From: Eledone cirrhosa
Taxonomy: Eukaryota
Assembly: GCA_964016885.1 (NCBI GenBank)
Contig: OZ024740.1
Location: forward strand, 43,090,001 to 43,154,000
Length of the DNA stretch: 64,000 nucleotides
Reading direction: 5' to 3'
The notes under the pieces: model-generated
Database searches by the model: none
Told to the model about the DNA's origin: nothing
What the model saw: the letters and a program-made list of their open reading frames with translations, nothing else
Part shown: piece by piece, positions 12,480-30,425 of the stretch
How the letters are laid out: every line of letters starts with the position of its first letter
Position numbering within the stretch: the first letter of the stretch is position 1
Position numbers and translations under genes: made by a program

Positions 12480-12589
12480 TTCTACAGGACTAGAACTGTT
12501 TCATTCATTAGAAATCATTCCAGTGGGTACTGAGTACCCAGGGAAATATATATGGTGTCTATAACAGTGGTTATTCAATGGTACTAATT

Positions 12590-13008
12590 TGAGATAACAG
12601 AATTATAAAACTGAGCGGAATAAGTAAACATTAAACAATCTTTTAAATAAATTAAAATACGATTTAAATATTCACCTGTCCTAGTGCTGTGACCGACGGT
12701 TTCACTTATCAAAAGATTGGAAATTTAGAGAATTTCCAATGGAAAGAATCAGCTCTTCAGACAGCTATTTCGAACCACAGGGCACATAGCCTTGTAGTAG
12801 TAACCACAGAGCCTTGTAGTAGTAAACAAGACTCTGTGCCCTGTGGTTGGAAATAGCTGTCTGAAGAGCTGATTCTTTCCATTGGAAATTCTCTGAATTT
12901 CCAATCATTTGATAAGCGAAACCGCCGGTCACAGCACTAGAACAGGTGAAGATTTATATCGTATTTTAATTTATTTAAAAGACTATTTGATGTTTACTTG
13001 TTCCGGTC

Positions 13009-13010
<2 letters not shown>
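12590..13010. mobile_element. Fold-back pLTR palindrome with two outward-facing HHRs
   Basis: Arms 12605-12787 / 12834-13010. HHRs at 12686-12765(-) and 12856-12935(+). Confidence 0.8.
12856..12935 (+). ncRNA. Hammerhead ribozyme with extended stem II
   Basis: GCTGT-CTGAAGA-GCT..ATTGGAAATT ctctg AATTTCCAAT..AGC-GAAA-CC gcc GG-TC-ACAGC. Confidence 0.8.
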
Positions 13011-13046
<36 letters not shown>

Positions 13047-13112
13047 TATATATATATTTATTTATTCTTCAATTTTATTATTATTACTAATATATATATA
13101 TATATATATATA

Positions 13113-18363
<5,251 letters not shown>

Positions 18364-18401
18364 TACCTACATATATATATGTATATATAAGTATAAATAA
18401 C

Positions 18402-18560
18402 TGTTTCTACTTTGGCACAAGGCCAGCCATTACCTCAGTGTATTACTGGTACTTTATTTTATAGACCGCGTAAGGATGAAAGTCAAAGTTAACCTCGGTG
18501 GGATTTGAACTCTGAATGGCAAGCGCCGTAACTCAATACGTCAAATCATGGCGTCAGACA
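18402..18560 (-). mobile_element. tRNA-derived SINE
   Basis: Reverse complement of the 44849-45035 consensus. Confidence 0.75.
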
Positions 18561-18946
18561 AGTATAAATAACGAAAGATAAACAAGTATTTTAATTAAAC
18601 CATTTAATTGTTGAACTAACAACAATAACCCATTCTAATAGAATGGAATGTTCTTGTTAATCTAATGAAACGGTCGTATATCTATTAGATGCTTTAATTA
18701 AAATCCTTGGTAATCTTTCGTTTTATATAAATATCAATGATTGAATTAAATAAAATACGCGAAAGGATTATGAACAGCTAGAAACACTTGAACAGAAACA
18801 CAAAGGACTTGATAACATAAAGTATGTGAAAATTAGCTTCCTTAAGAAGAAACTGAGCTTCATATTCATCGAAATTTTCAAGTAGATGCTAACCAAAGGA
18901 TAGGATAAAGTGGTGAAATAGCTGTGTTGCATGAAGCGAACTTTAC

Positions 18947-19383
18947 CTATGATCCAACTAATTGTTATAACTCTGATTAGATTGTCTCCGTTTGTTATGA
19001 TAAATATATTCCCCCAAGTATGGAGAAAATATGAGAAAGCGTGACAGCTTGTATTGCTTCCCAATCTATACAGTTTATCACAAAATGTTCCTGAGACCCC
19101 GGAGCCATTAGAGATCGTGGTAACATATAAATATGGTGTTTCAAATATTTTCCAAAAACAATATTCTTACCTATAAAGGTGCATTCCAAGTGACATCATA
19201 CGGAGCAAATATCATCCCCAAAACAGGGTTCATACATACTTTCACTCAACGTCACAAGACAAGTGTATCCCTGAATTGGTTCCTTGAGATCACTTCCTAA
19301 TACAGTGCAAGAATATTTGCACTGTTATACAATGATGGGAGTTAATCCTATGAAGCCTTCTCTCAGATAACACCACAGTGTAT
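18947..19383 (-). pseudogene. Two putative phase-1 exons (19171-19383, 18947-19090) of a decayed Cys-rich/EGF-like gene
   Basis: AG/GT boundaries, lengths 213 and 144 nt. Spliced peptide ..EPCFGDDICSV*CHLECTFIG|TFCDK.., with two in-frame stops. Confidence 0.25.
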
Positions 19384-20361
19384 CTATGAACTAGTGATGA
19401 TAGCACGTTTATTACATCTCTATCTACCGTTTGAATGTATGTATGTGTGTGTATATATTTATGTGTGAGTGTGTGGCTATCAACATTTGACTTACACAAC
19501 CTTGGTCAAGCTGGGACTATATTAGAATAGTTGTGAAGTGACCCCATTAACCACACATACATTCATGCCTGCGCTTAAGTGATTCGGTATTTTTAAATGA
19601 AATATTTCTTTGGGGAATTAATTCAATTACAGCTTGTTTCAAATATTAGATTTTTATTAATAGAATTCTCCTTGAAATATTTTAAAATACTTGGTAATAC
19701 TTTATTCTAAATGTCCAATGCTATTTCCTAATAATTGATCAAATTTTACCATCTGCTTTCTATTAACATCTTTCAACGTTTGAAAATCGCCTTTGCCAAA
19801 TGACATTAATTCTGCTAAAAGCATTTTGATGAGATAGCGAAGTAGAACAAGAACAAATTAAATATAATTAGAAAAAATATGTATTCAGTTCATTAGTCTT
19901 GAATGTTCATGTATTTATGGGTGAGTAACTGGTAAGAACAGTACGCGTGGGACATAGGCCTAATATAATATTCTTCAGCCTCTCAGTGCATTGGGGTTTC
20001 AAGCCTCATCTTTTCACGGCTCGCTAATCGATGAAATATACTTGTTGTAAAATAGTTTTATTAAAATACTCTTAAGGATTTTACCATATCATCAGATGTT
20101 TGAATATTCTTCTGCATATTGAACATAGAAAGTGCAGTACAGTGTAACTGCAGATGATTTCAATGTGTTGGGGGTTAATTAAACTTTAAAAGGTTTTTTA
20201 AATTTTAAGATTTATCGAAGCGATTGGATTATCTGAAATTTGGAATATTGAAACCAAAACAGATTTGCCACTACGATAAAAGCCTTAGAACATCGGATAA
20301 AATGCCACTCATAGTTTGTTCCTTAGGGAATTTTACCCGATTTTCTAACACTATTATTATT

Positions 20362-20548
20362 GTGGCGGTGATTGGCAGTATCGGTAGAGGGTCGGACGCC
20401 ATGCTTTCCAGCATAGTTACGACCCTTTACGGTCTGAGTTCAAATCCCGTCGAGGTTAACTTTTCATTTCATCCTTACGGGGTCGATAAAATAAAGCACC
20501 AGTAATGTACTGGATGATTGCTGGCCTTGTGCCAAAATAGAAACAACT
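20362..20548 (+). mobile_element. tRNA-derived SINE
   Basis: A-box TGGCAGTATCGG, B-box GAGTTCAAATCC, conserved core TTTCATCCTTACGGGGTCGATAAAAT. Confidence 0.85.
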
Positions 20549-21008
20549 ATTATTATTGTGGCGACTCTATCTATATTTGGTTGTCAATATTTCTAATTTA
20601 AAAGTTTTAAAATGTTGATTAGTGTATTTCTAATGAAATATACTGTCAATATGTTTTAATTAATTAGTTTTGAAAACCATCAAATAGCTTGAGGAATTTA
20701 GTAAAATATCTAACTATTCTATTATATAAATGTTGTTTGGAACATTACATGATAAAATACTTTTACATGAAATTTATGACGGAAGTTTTTACACACACAT
20801 ATACACATGTATGCACACACACACACACACACACTCATACATATATATATATATATCAAGAAAGAAGAGTGACACGGTTTGCTATACAATAAGGGAAACG
20901 CCTTGTTGAGTCAAACTTAGCCAAGCGTTGATACTATCCACTACTCGGAGTACCCTAACTGGACTACATCTAAGTGGACTACCTATAACAATAATTTGTT
21001 ATCCCGCC

Positions 21009-21035
<27 letters not shown>

Positions 21036-21039
<4 letters not shown>

Positions 21040-21460
21040 TTAATATAGATGAGATTGTACACGACTAGAACTGTTTCATTCTTTAAAAATCATCAGGAAT
21101 CTGGGTATCAAAAAATAAGTATGGTATTTATAGGTCTCTTCAGGTGGTAGGAGAGGGTAGGGAGTGGGATGGGTGCCTTTGTTACTCTAAATATAAACTA
21201 TAGCTTTGAAGAATTAGCTTTTAATGAATTCCCTTTTCTATCAACCAATGACCTACACCCATCCCAACCCTACCCTCGCCTACCACCTGAAGAGACCTAT
21301 AAATACCATATTTATTTTTTGATACCCAGATTCCTGATGATTTCTAAAGAATGAAACAGTTCTAGTCCTGTAGAATCTCATCTATATTAACACTTTTATA
21401 CTCTGCAATGTATTGAGTACCTTACTTACTGTGGTTACCTCCGACTCAACTCGGAATAAC
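21036..21460. mobile_element. Fold-back pLTR palindrome with two HHRs and a tail, in (TA)n
   Basis: Arms 21040-21175 / 21254-21390. HHRs at 21052-21102(-) and 21328-21378(+). Fragments of the same family at 12477-12520 and 56753-56877. Confidence 0.8.
21328..21378 (+). ncRNA. Type I hammerhead ribozyme
   Basis: AGATTC-CTGATGA-TTTCTAAAGAAT-GAAA-CAG ttctagtc CTG-TA-GAATCT. Confidence 0.85.
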
Positions 21461-21862
21461 GTATATATATATATATATAAGTGAATATATTATGAAAAAT
21501 AGCTAAGGCATTATTAGAAAAACTTATTCAATTAAAATGTAAAATTAAAATGTATAATTAAAAATTTTTTTCTAATCATGCCTGTTCTGCTTTTCCTAAC
21601 ATATTAACTGATACGTACTCCATGAATTATTGAAATCTGGAAAATACCCCTGGATTAACACCTGGAATATAAATTCACAGGATTCAATAATACACGTTGA
21701 GAAATCTATCCGGTAAGCTACATTTCAATTAACATTTGCATCAACACTTTTTATCCTACCTACGAAAAGTGAACACTACTTTATGTATATATATGTATAT
21801 ATATATGTATATATATGTATATATATATATACATATATATATAAATATATATATGTATATTG

Positions 21863-21928
21863 TATTTTGTCTGAAGAAGGCATAACATATTTTTAATATG
21901 ATATCCCTGAAATATATATAATGAAATA
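21863..21928 (+). ncRNA. pLTR hammerhead ribozyme (second copy 25731-25796)
   Basis: TATTTTGT-CTGAAGA-AGG..CATATT/AATATG..CCT-GAAA-TATATA-TA-ATGAAATA. Confidence 0.8.
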
Positions 21929-22106
21929 AATATGGTTTTATAAATATAATTTCCATTTATTTAATATCGTAAATATACTCCAAATACTAGTTGAGTGCTT
22001 TTATATCAGTTATAAATATTTACTCGTTGTAACCCAACAATTTAAATAAAACTTTGCATATATCTTGCTCCAATACTGTTGAGCGCTTTATATTATAACT
22101 GAAGAA

Positions 22107-24329
22107 ATGGAATTCTTTAAGATTTCTTCCTCTTTAAAAGACATACCTCTACCTAGAAACAAAGACTTTATTAAACAATTAATAGATAAATCTGACTCTT
22201 TTATAAGGAGAATCAGGTGGCGGGCATTCCACTTTGATAAATCTAATATAAATGAAAATGTGTCGGACTTAGACAAAGTTTTCAAATCTAAAAGAAATCC
22301 ACCCCCCAACAAACTTTTATTTGACTTTGAAAACGATATAATTTCTATCATACAAGGAGTCAAATTCAAGAGAAACTTCAAAGGCCAGGAATATCTGAAA
22401 GGCATTAAGGATAATATTGAGAGCTTAGAGAAAACTGAGAAGATCTTGGTGAAATCTGACAAGACCAACAATCTCTATGGAGTGCAAAAAGACATGTATA
22501 ATGGCCTCATACTGAAAGAACTGAGGAAAAAGTACAAGGTAGCAGATAAGGCCGAGCTTGAGAAAATGAATGTTGAGGCATCTTGTATAATGCACGAGTT
22601 GGAAATTGAGAACAGAACACAACCTTTCGTGCCCAGGAAACCGAAGATCAATATGAAAGATCACAAAAGAAATTTTGAAAATGACCTGCCAGTCAGGTTG
22701 ATTGCACCATCAAAATCGGACCTGGGTAAACTAAGCAAAAACATTCTAGACAGGGTGATACAGCAAATTAAAAACTTGAATTGTTTACCTAACTTGAGCT
22801 TGTGGAAGGGAACTGGAGAGGTTGTTGGGTGGTTTAAAGAAATTAAATATAACAATAATAATAAGTTTAATCAAATAGATATTGCTAACTATTATTCATC
22901 TATTACCCCTAATCTACTAAATAAGGGACTAAATTACGCATTCAAACATACAGACCTAACTAGCAATGAAATGCACATTATATTATCGGCTAGGAAAACA
23001 TTGATAGAATTTAATGACCAACTATGGACCAGAGCAGATAGATATAACAATTTCGACATTACTATGGGATCATCCGACTCAGCTCAGGTAACTGACCTTG
23101 TGGACCTATTTTTAATCAATTCGCTGCATAGGAAAATACCCGGTGCTACCGGAGGTTTATATAGAGATGACATGCTTTTACTTATTGAAAATAATAACTC
23201 TGAACTAAATAGAAAAGGAAAACAAATTACACAATTTTTTAATTACTTTAATCTAAAAATAGAAATTGAGAATAACCATAGAATAGTCAATTTCCTAGAT
23301 GTAACATTAAATCTCAACACATGTCTTCACTATCCATTTCACAAGTTGAATGAAAACTTAAACTATGTCAGCTTTAACTCTAACCACCCCAGATCTGTTA
23401 AAAATACTATAGTAAACTCTGTTCAAAAACGTATCTCTAGAATCTCATCTAATAAAAAGATTTTCGACGAAAAAGCCCAGTATTACAATGAAGCGTTAGC
23501 TAGAGCAGGATATAGTGATAAAATTATGTACATAGATAATAATAGACAAACTAACCAAAATAACAACTATTTTAATTACGGCAACAACTTTAACAACTAT
23601 AATAGAAAGCATTACAATAATTCCAAAAGCCAAAAAAGAAATAGAACTAGGAATATAATATGGTTTGCTCCCCCTTTCTCACTAAACATTAAAACCCACA
23701 TCGCTAAACTATTTTTTAATGCTCTTGATAATCGCTTCCCTAGAACACATAGGTATCACTCAATTTTCAATAGACATACTATAAAATTAACCTACTCATC
23801 CACCAAAAATTTAGCACAAAATATTAATAGAATAAATAATAGAAATTTAAAACCTAGCCAAAATACCGATAATAGCATAAATAATATCCAAGTTAACAAA
23901 TGTAACTGTAGAGATAGATCTAAATGTCCGTTAAATAACAATTGCTTAGTTAAAAATATAATATACAACTGTAATGTTAAAACGGACTTAAATTCTTTTA
24001 ACTATGTTGGTTCCACCTCGACAGAATTTAAACTTCGCTATAATAACCACAAGAATTCTTTCACAGATCCAAGCAAAAAATCTTCAACAGCGCTGTCAGG
24101 CTTACTCTGGCAACTTAGGCATGATAACGTTGGATATTCGACGGCTTGGAATATAGTCTCAAGAGGGATTCCTTTTAATTCATCCTCTGAGACATGTGAC
24201 CTCTGCGCGGAGGAGATATTCTTTATACTAAAATCTAAAAATTCCCTTAATTTACGGACAAATTTATTCAGTTGCTGCAGACATAGATTGAACTCAACTT
24301 TTAAATATAAATATAAATTTAAAATGTAG
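22107..24329 (+). CDS. PLE reverse transcriptase + C-terminal GIY-YIG endonuclease (740 aa)
   Basis: RLIAPSKSDLGK, DIANYYSSI, ITMGSSDS, GGLYRDD, NFLDV; CNCR..CPL..C; NIIYNC..YVGST..FKLRYNNH; CDLC..E..LNLRTNLFSCCRH. Confidence 0.93.
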   Translation: MEFFKISSSLKDIPLPRNKDFIKQLIDKSDSFIRRIRWRAFHFDKSNINENVSDLDKVFKSKRNPPPNKLLFDFENDIISIIQGVKFKRNFKGQEYLKGIKDNIESLEKTEKILVKSDKTNNLYGVQKDMYNGLILKELRKKYKVADKAELEKMNVEASCIMHELEIENRTQPFVPRKPKINMKDHKRNFENDLPVRLIAPSKSDLGKLSKNILDRVIQQIKNLNCLPNLSLWKGTGEVVGWFKEIKYNNNNKFNQIDIANYYSSITPNLLNKGLNYAFKHTDLTSNEMHIILSARKTLIEFNDQLWTRADRYNNFDITMGSSDSAQVTDLVDLFLINSLHRKIPGATGGLYRDDMLLLIENNNSELNRKGKQITQFFNYFNLKIEIENNHRIVNFLDVTLNLNTCLHYPFHKLNENLNYVSFNSNHPRSVKNTIVNSVQKRISRISSNKKIFDEKAQYYNEALARAGYSDKIMYIDNNRQTNQNNNYFNYGNNFNNYNRKHYNNSKSQKRNRTRNIIWFAPPFSLNIKTHIAKLFFNALDNRFPRTHRYHSIFNRHTIKLTYSSTKNLAQNINRINNRNLKPSQNTDNSINNIQVNKCNCRDRSKCPLNNNCLVKNIIYNCNVKTDLNSFNYVGSTSTEFKLRYNNHKNSFTDPSKKSSTALSGLLWQLRHDNVGYSTAWNIVSRGIPFNSSSETCDLCAEEIFFILKSKNSLNLRTNLFSCCRHRLNSTFKYKYKFKM

Positions 24330-25379
24330 TATATTTAGTTTGATTTATAATTATTTATGAAACTCGCCGATAAATCTTTCGATTTCTTTTTTATTTTAAA
24401 CATTCTTCATGAATAATTAAACTACCCTAAAAGCTGATGCTCCAAATATATCGAATAAATTTTACACTAGATAAACTTCTATATTAAATATAAGAACATC
24501 TGTAGATCAAATGGGTATCCTAAACTTTTGGAATGTTTTCTGCTAGACAGGATTTGGTAAATAATTTTTGGTTTTGTTTGCTTTTGATTCTGATGCTTAT
24601 AACGAACTTGGCAATATATTGTCAATTAACTTTGAAGGGTTGATCTCTGTGGTTGATTTGCGGGGCATACTATGTTTTATTTTTATTTTTAATATTTTTA
24701 ATATTTTTATTTTTAATATTTTTTTGTTTTTCTGTTTATTTTTTTATTTTTTGTTTCTGATATTCTTATTGATATATTGATATCTGTTCTCTATTTATGC
24801 TTGAACGATAATCATGTAGAGTAAAGACAAGAATAGTATTGTTAAAATTAATGTAGACTCTATATATATTTGTGTGTATGTACACATATATGTATACTAG
24901 AATTTTTATAGCACAATGAGAATGTTTTCGTGTGAAATAGGAATTTGCAGAGCTGATCACGTAAATTCACATGGATGTCTATAGTATCGAATCTGGGATA
25001 ACCTTCTATTTTATCTCAACTCTGATATAAACCTAGGAATTTTAAACTAGACATATGATCATTATTTTTCACACATTATTGATACGTGTCTCATTCATGA
25101 ATACTGATATTTACATTATAATGCCTGATTTATACGAATTGATATTTTTACATTGATGAAACATAGTGTTTTAAATCTGCCTCGTTTATGTCTGGATATT
25201 TTTCTTTTCTCTCTATGTAACGGCTGTTTTCTCTCCTAACCACATATATCTCTCTCTACATTAATACTAGAGCTAAATAAATAAATAAATAAATAAATAT
25301 ATCATTGATACGTCATTCAACTGGTGCCCAACTACCTATTTTCTTTCTCTCTATCTCTATCTATATCTATCTCTCTATA

Positions 25380-25464
<85 letters not shown>

Positions 25465-25954
25465 ATCTATCTCCATCTGTGTTTTTTCCTCTCTCTATAT
25501 ATCTCTTTCTGTTTCTTTACATGAATTTCTTCTCTCTATCTATCTCTCTGTATCTATCTCTCTCTATTTAGTTGCATGCATTTCTTCTTTTTCTTCGTTT
25601 TTCTTTCTTTCTTCCTTTCTTTCTTTTTATAACTGTCCATAATATTTTTCACTACCAAATCAACTTTTCAAATGCAAGTCGAAGTTGAAAGGTATGTCGA
25701 ATCTATCTATTTATAAGACTGTTTATATTCTATTTTGTCTGAAGAAGGCATAACATATTTTTAATATGATATCCCTGAAATATATATAATGAAATAAATA
25801 TGGTTTTATAAATATAATTTCCATTTATTTAATATCGTAAATATACTCCAAATACTTGTTGAGTGCTTTTATATCAGTTATAAATATTTACTCGTTGTAA
25901 CCCAACAATTTAAATAAAACTTTGCATATATGTATATATATATATATATATATA

Positions 25955-27385
25955 GTTTTGCGAGTTTTTTTTATATGAAATCGTGTGTCGAAACAAATAT
26001 TGATATACTTGGGGAGTATAACAATAATTGTTTCAGAATATTTCTGATCGCAGATTTGGTACGAGTGATGAAGAATGTGTCCCGTATGTGCGACCCAACA
26101 GAAATGGAAAGACACATCCAACACTTCATCAACCGCATGCAGTTCTCTGGCTACAACCAAAGAGACAGAGTCAGTGTATACGAAGGAGCCATGGAAAAGT
26201 ATAAGACCCTCATAGAACTGGACATGAAAGGAATTTGCCCATTATACAGGAGCAAATCATGGAATAGCTTAGATAAGGCTAGACATAAGATAGGGAAAAC
26301 CACCTTATGGTACGACAACCAGAGATACCAGAGTGTCATGTTTGTGGACGCTACCCCTGGAGGGAAATTAGCTAACCAGTGTAGAAATATTCTGAGAAAG
26401 ACCCACTTAAAAGTAAAGGTGGTAGAAAAGCCAGGAACCACCATGAAATCCCTGATCAGCAAAACCTACCCTTTTAAGAAAACCCACTGTACCAATAGGA
26501 AATGTATCATATGTAAGGTGAACCCCCGGATAAACTGTAAAACTAGAAACGTAGTCTATAGCATAAGATGTACAGAGGGTACTTGCAGAAATATGACAAC
26601 AACATACATAGGTGAGACAGCTCGAAGCATAGGTGAAAGGATAGACCAACACTGGGGGGAACTAAAAGGACGAAAAAACGGGTCAGTACTATACGAACAT
26701 GCTAGACAACAACATGACGGTAACATAGACAACATAGAAATTAGAATAATATCTAAACATAGAAATGACCCAGCAGATAGGCAAATCAGAGAGGCCAGTG
26801 AAATAGAAATTAGAAGACCAAGGCTAAACAGAAAGAATGAATGGAATAACAGCAACACCCAAACAAACAACACTGACCTAAGAGAAGTATAAATAAGTAA
26901 ATAAAATAAAATAAATAAATAAATAAATAAATACATACACAAGCAAAATAACAACAAGCACATAAACACACACTAGTCACCCATCACACAGCAAACAAAA
27001 CACTATACACACACGCAAACGCATGCGCAAAGAAGACAAAATAAAATAAACAAACAAGCAAATAAATAAATAAATATATAGACAGACTGAATAAAAATGG
27101 CGTAGACATACAATACAACAAGAGGAAAATATAGCACCACTGACGTTGTTGCACATGTGCAACGAAAGATTTATGATAAACTATATATATGTGTTTGTGT
27201 CTATATTGTATCTGTATTATTTTTGACCGTCCGTCAGTCAATGGCAACATTGAGGACCGAGTAAGTTAGATTACCGATATAAAAGACACAGAAGCGAGAA
27301 GCGAAAACCAACCAAACAGTGAGTGTGTTCTGTTATTAATTCTGGCAATATTACACAAATATGACCCTCCCCAAGTATAACAATA
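25955..27385 (+). mobile_element. 5'-truncated PLE of another clade (RT thumb + GIY-YIG; coding ~26040-26892)
   Basis: VMFVDATPGGKLA..KVVEKPG..CTNRKCIIC..CKTRNVVYSIRC..YIGETARSIGERIDQH..RQIREASEI..LNRKNEW. Inverted terminal piece at 25955-26020, related to 27360-27385 and 53270-53335. Confidence 0.85.
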
Positions 27386-27398
27386 TATATCTATATAT

Positions 27399-27461
<63 letters not shown>

Positions 27462-27467
27462 AATATA

Positions 27468-27534
<67 letters not shown>

Positions 27535-27739
27535 AACAAAGATGAAATCGAAAATGCAACTGCAGTCTTTTTAAGAATATTTATTTGGTTCCTTTACCGG
27601 TTTCGCAGTTCATGTGCTTTTCAAAAGTAGAATTGAGATGGAGGGTTTGTGGTTTTTCTCGCCACAAACTGGCGCGAAAGTTGATGTGCTTATTCACGTG
27701 ACTGCATCAATCAACCAAATTTCCCTCATATATGAAAAA

Positions 27740-29301
27740 ACACTGACCTTAAATTAAGACCAATTGTAGGGAGCCCACAATGTGAAACACAGAGACTAAG
27801 CAACTTTATAGACATACTACCAAAATCAATTCTCAAACACATACCAAGCCTTGTAGGAGACGTTCTGGACCTCTTACACCACCTCCCCAAACATGTCAAC
27901 AACGACACTATTATTGTGTCTTTCGATGTAGTGAATCTCTGCACAACGATCCCACACCAATACGGATTAGAAGCAATAGGATTCTGGCTAGAGAAGTATC
28001 CCAATGAGATACCTGACAGAATAGAAAAACGGTTCATCACCGAGAGATTAAAGTTTATTTTACAGAACAACTTTTCTGATTTCGATGGCAGTACTTACAA
28101 GCAAACATCGGGGACTGCGATGGGTACAAAAGTCGGTCCAACTTATGCTAACTTAGTCATGGAATACTTGGAAGTCCAGATATATGAACACTCCAAATCA
28201 AAATACGGATTGAATTTCCACAAATATTTATCAGAGAATTGAAAACGCTACTTGGATGATTGTCTTATACTTTGGTCTCACACACTCAACCAACTAAAGG
28301 ATTTCAAAAATTTAATTAACGGCATCAATAACCACATCCAATTCACAATGGAATACAGCCAATATCAACTCCCATTTCTGGACATATTAATCATAAAACA
28401 AGACAGAATTATTGAAACTGACATACACTACACACCAACAGATTCCAAACAATACCTACTATTCACCTCCAACCATCCAAAGCACACGAAGACGAACATC
28501 CTTTTTAACCTAGCAAGAAGAATTTGCACAATAGTCTCCAATTATGAAACGCGAAATAAAAGACTTCAATAATTAAAGGAAATTCTGCTCGAAAGACAGT
28601 ACGCCCCATTACTAATAAATAATGGAATAGAAAGGGCCAAAGCAATAGGCATTGAGGAATTACGAAAACAGAAACAAATTCAAGGTACGTCCAATATTCT
28701 ATCATATATCTCAACACACAACCGCAGAAATGCGGAAGCTTACAACATTATTCACAAGAACATCCCACTATTGAAACAAGACACAAGAATGGAAAAAGCC
28801 CTTGTAACACACAAAATAACGAAAAGCAAAAGACAACCGAAATCATTAAAAACATTACGCACAAATGCCAAATTACCTACCACAAACCCACAACCAACTG
28901 TCAAAAAATGTGGTCGCTCTAATTGTGGAACCTGCACTCACCTCATTGAAGGCAACATGTATACATTTCAATCAGGACAAAACTTTGTTGTAAAAAATCA
29001 CGTCACTTGCTCATCAAAAAATTTAATTTATGCTATTAAATGTAAAGGATGCAATGAAGATTATATAGGACAAATTAAACTCACACTCAGAAACAGAATG
29101 ACAATTCATCGCCAACAATTACGAGATCCTACCACAAGACAGATACCACTCATTGCACATCTAGACATATGCGCAAGTGATAAGACCCAAATTCCAGGTG
29201 TTCCCATTTTATCTTTGCGCTGACAATACAACAGAACAAATACGAATAAATAAGGAAAATAAGTTTATTCAAAAATATAGACCAGCATTAAATATAGTTT
29301 A
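27740..29301 (+). pseudogene. PLE RT + GIY-YIG with stops and frameshift
   Basis: LRPIV, SFDVVNL, GTAMGTK, RYLDD, LPFLD, NLARRIC, KKCGRSNCGTC, NLIYAIKC..YIGQ. Confidence 0.9.
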
Positions 29302-30231
29302 ATATACATTATGTTAACACCATAACATGCTAACCATCAAACAGACACATAGATACACACACACATATGACACCTATATTCGAAAATAAAAACCAGAGCT
29401 AAACAAACCTTAACATACGTTAATACTCTAACACCTTAACATGCTAACCATAACTCCCTCCCCCATTTCTACTAACGGAATCATTCTCCTACACACACAA
29501 ATATATATTCTCTCCATCTTAACATGCTAATCATACCCCCCCCCCCCACACACACACAAATATAACACCCATACACACACACATAACTCCCTCCCCCATT
29601 TCTACTAACAGAGTCATTTTCCTACACACACAGACCAGCATACAAATATAAATACATATCTCTATCTTTATTTCAATAGAAATTTACCATTTTGACACCA
29701 TAGCACATCTGCCATACTCACTGACTGAACCAGAACAATTATCCTCACCATTCTCTGTTGTTTGGCACAAAATTCTTTAAATGGCTACAACATTTCCAAA
29801 TACGGGCGCGAATTTTAATGTACTTCTTCACGTGACAGTTATAATTTCATTTATAACCAATCAAATTACATTTATAAAAAAAGCTTTTTTGAGCCACTTT
29901 TTTAAGTAAAAAGAAACTCAAACACAAACTGGCGGGAAAGTTGATGTGCTTATTCACGTGACTGCATCAACCAACCAAATTTCACTCATATATGAAAAAA
30001 ACAATCTGAGCCCCCCCCCCCCCTTTTTTTTAAAGGGAAATATAATAAGATCTTTGTAACGCGAACTGGCGCAACATTTATTATACTTATTCACATGGCA
30101 GTCATCAACCAACCAAATTACTTTTTCTAAAAACCTAGCATTTCGAGCCACTTTTTTCCATATAAAACAGAAGTAACATTCGAACACCAACCAGATGCGA
30201 GAAAAACCACAAACCCTCCAGCTCAATTTTA

Positions 30232-30267
30232 CTTTTGAAAAGCATAAGAACTGCGAAACCGTTAAAG
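30232..30267 (+). ncRNA. Hammerhead variant, U3-A8 core (inverted copy 27592-27627)
   Basis: CTT-TTGAAAA-GCA..TGC-GAAA-CCG(G/T)-TA-AAG. Confidence 0.6.
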
Positions 30268-30390
30268 GAACCAAATAAATATTCTTAGAAAGACGCAAGT
30301 AGCATTTTCGATTTCATCTTTTTTCCTTATACTTTCACTCATGTAGCACATCTCGTTTTTCTTCATTTTGTAAAATAAACCCTAATTTTC

Positions 30391-30422
<32 letters not shown>

Positions 30423-30425
<3 letters not shown>

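Larger units (their letters stand above)
21857..25928 (+). mobile_element. Full-length Naiad-type Penelope-like element with direct pLTRs
   Basis: pLTRs 21863-22060 and 25731-25928 are near-identical, each with an HHR. Intact ORF. (TA)n flanks. Confidence 0.92.
27530..30393 (+). mobile_element. 5'-truncated PLE (Neptune-like) with inverted 5' pLTR
   Basis: 27530-27662 is the reverse complement of 30196-30330. 27663-27740 repeats 29922-30000. Confidence 0.85.

Noticed and set aside
20362-20460. tRNA gene
   Set aside because: A/B boxes belong to a SINE head; no full cloverleaf
23890-24329. Selenocysteine recoding reported for some Naiad PLEs
   Set aside because: All conserved Cys positions in the intact copy are TGT/TGC; no in-frame TGA at Cys sites was seen in the related copies
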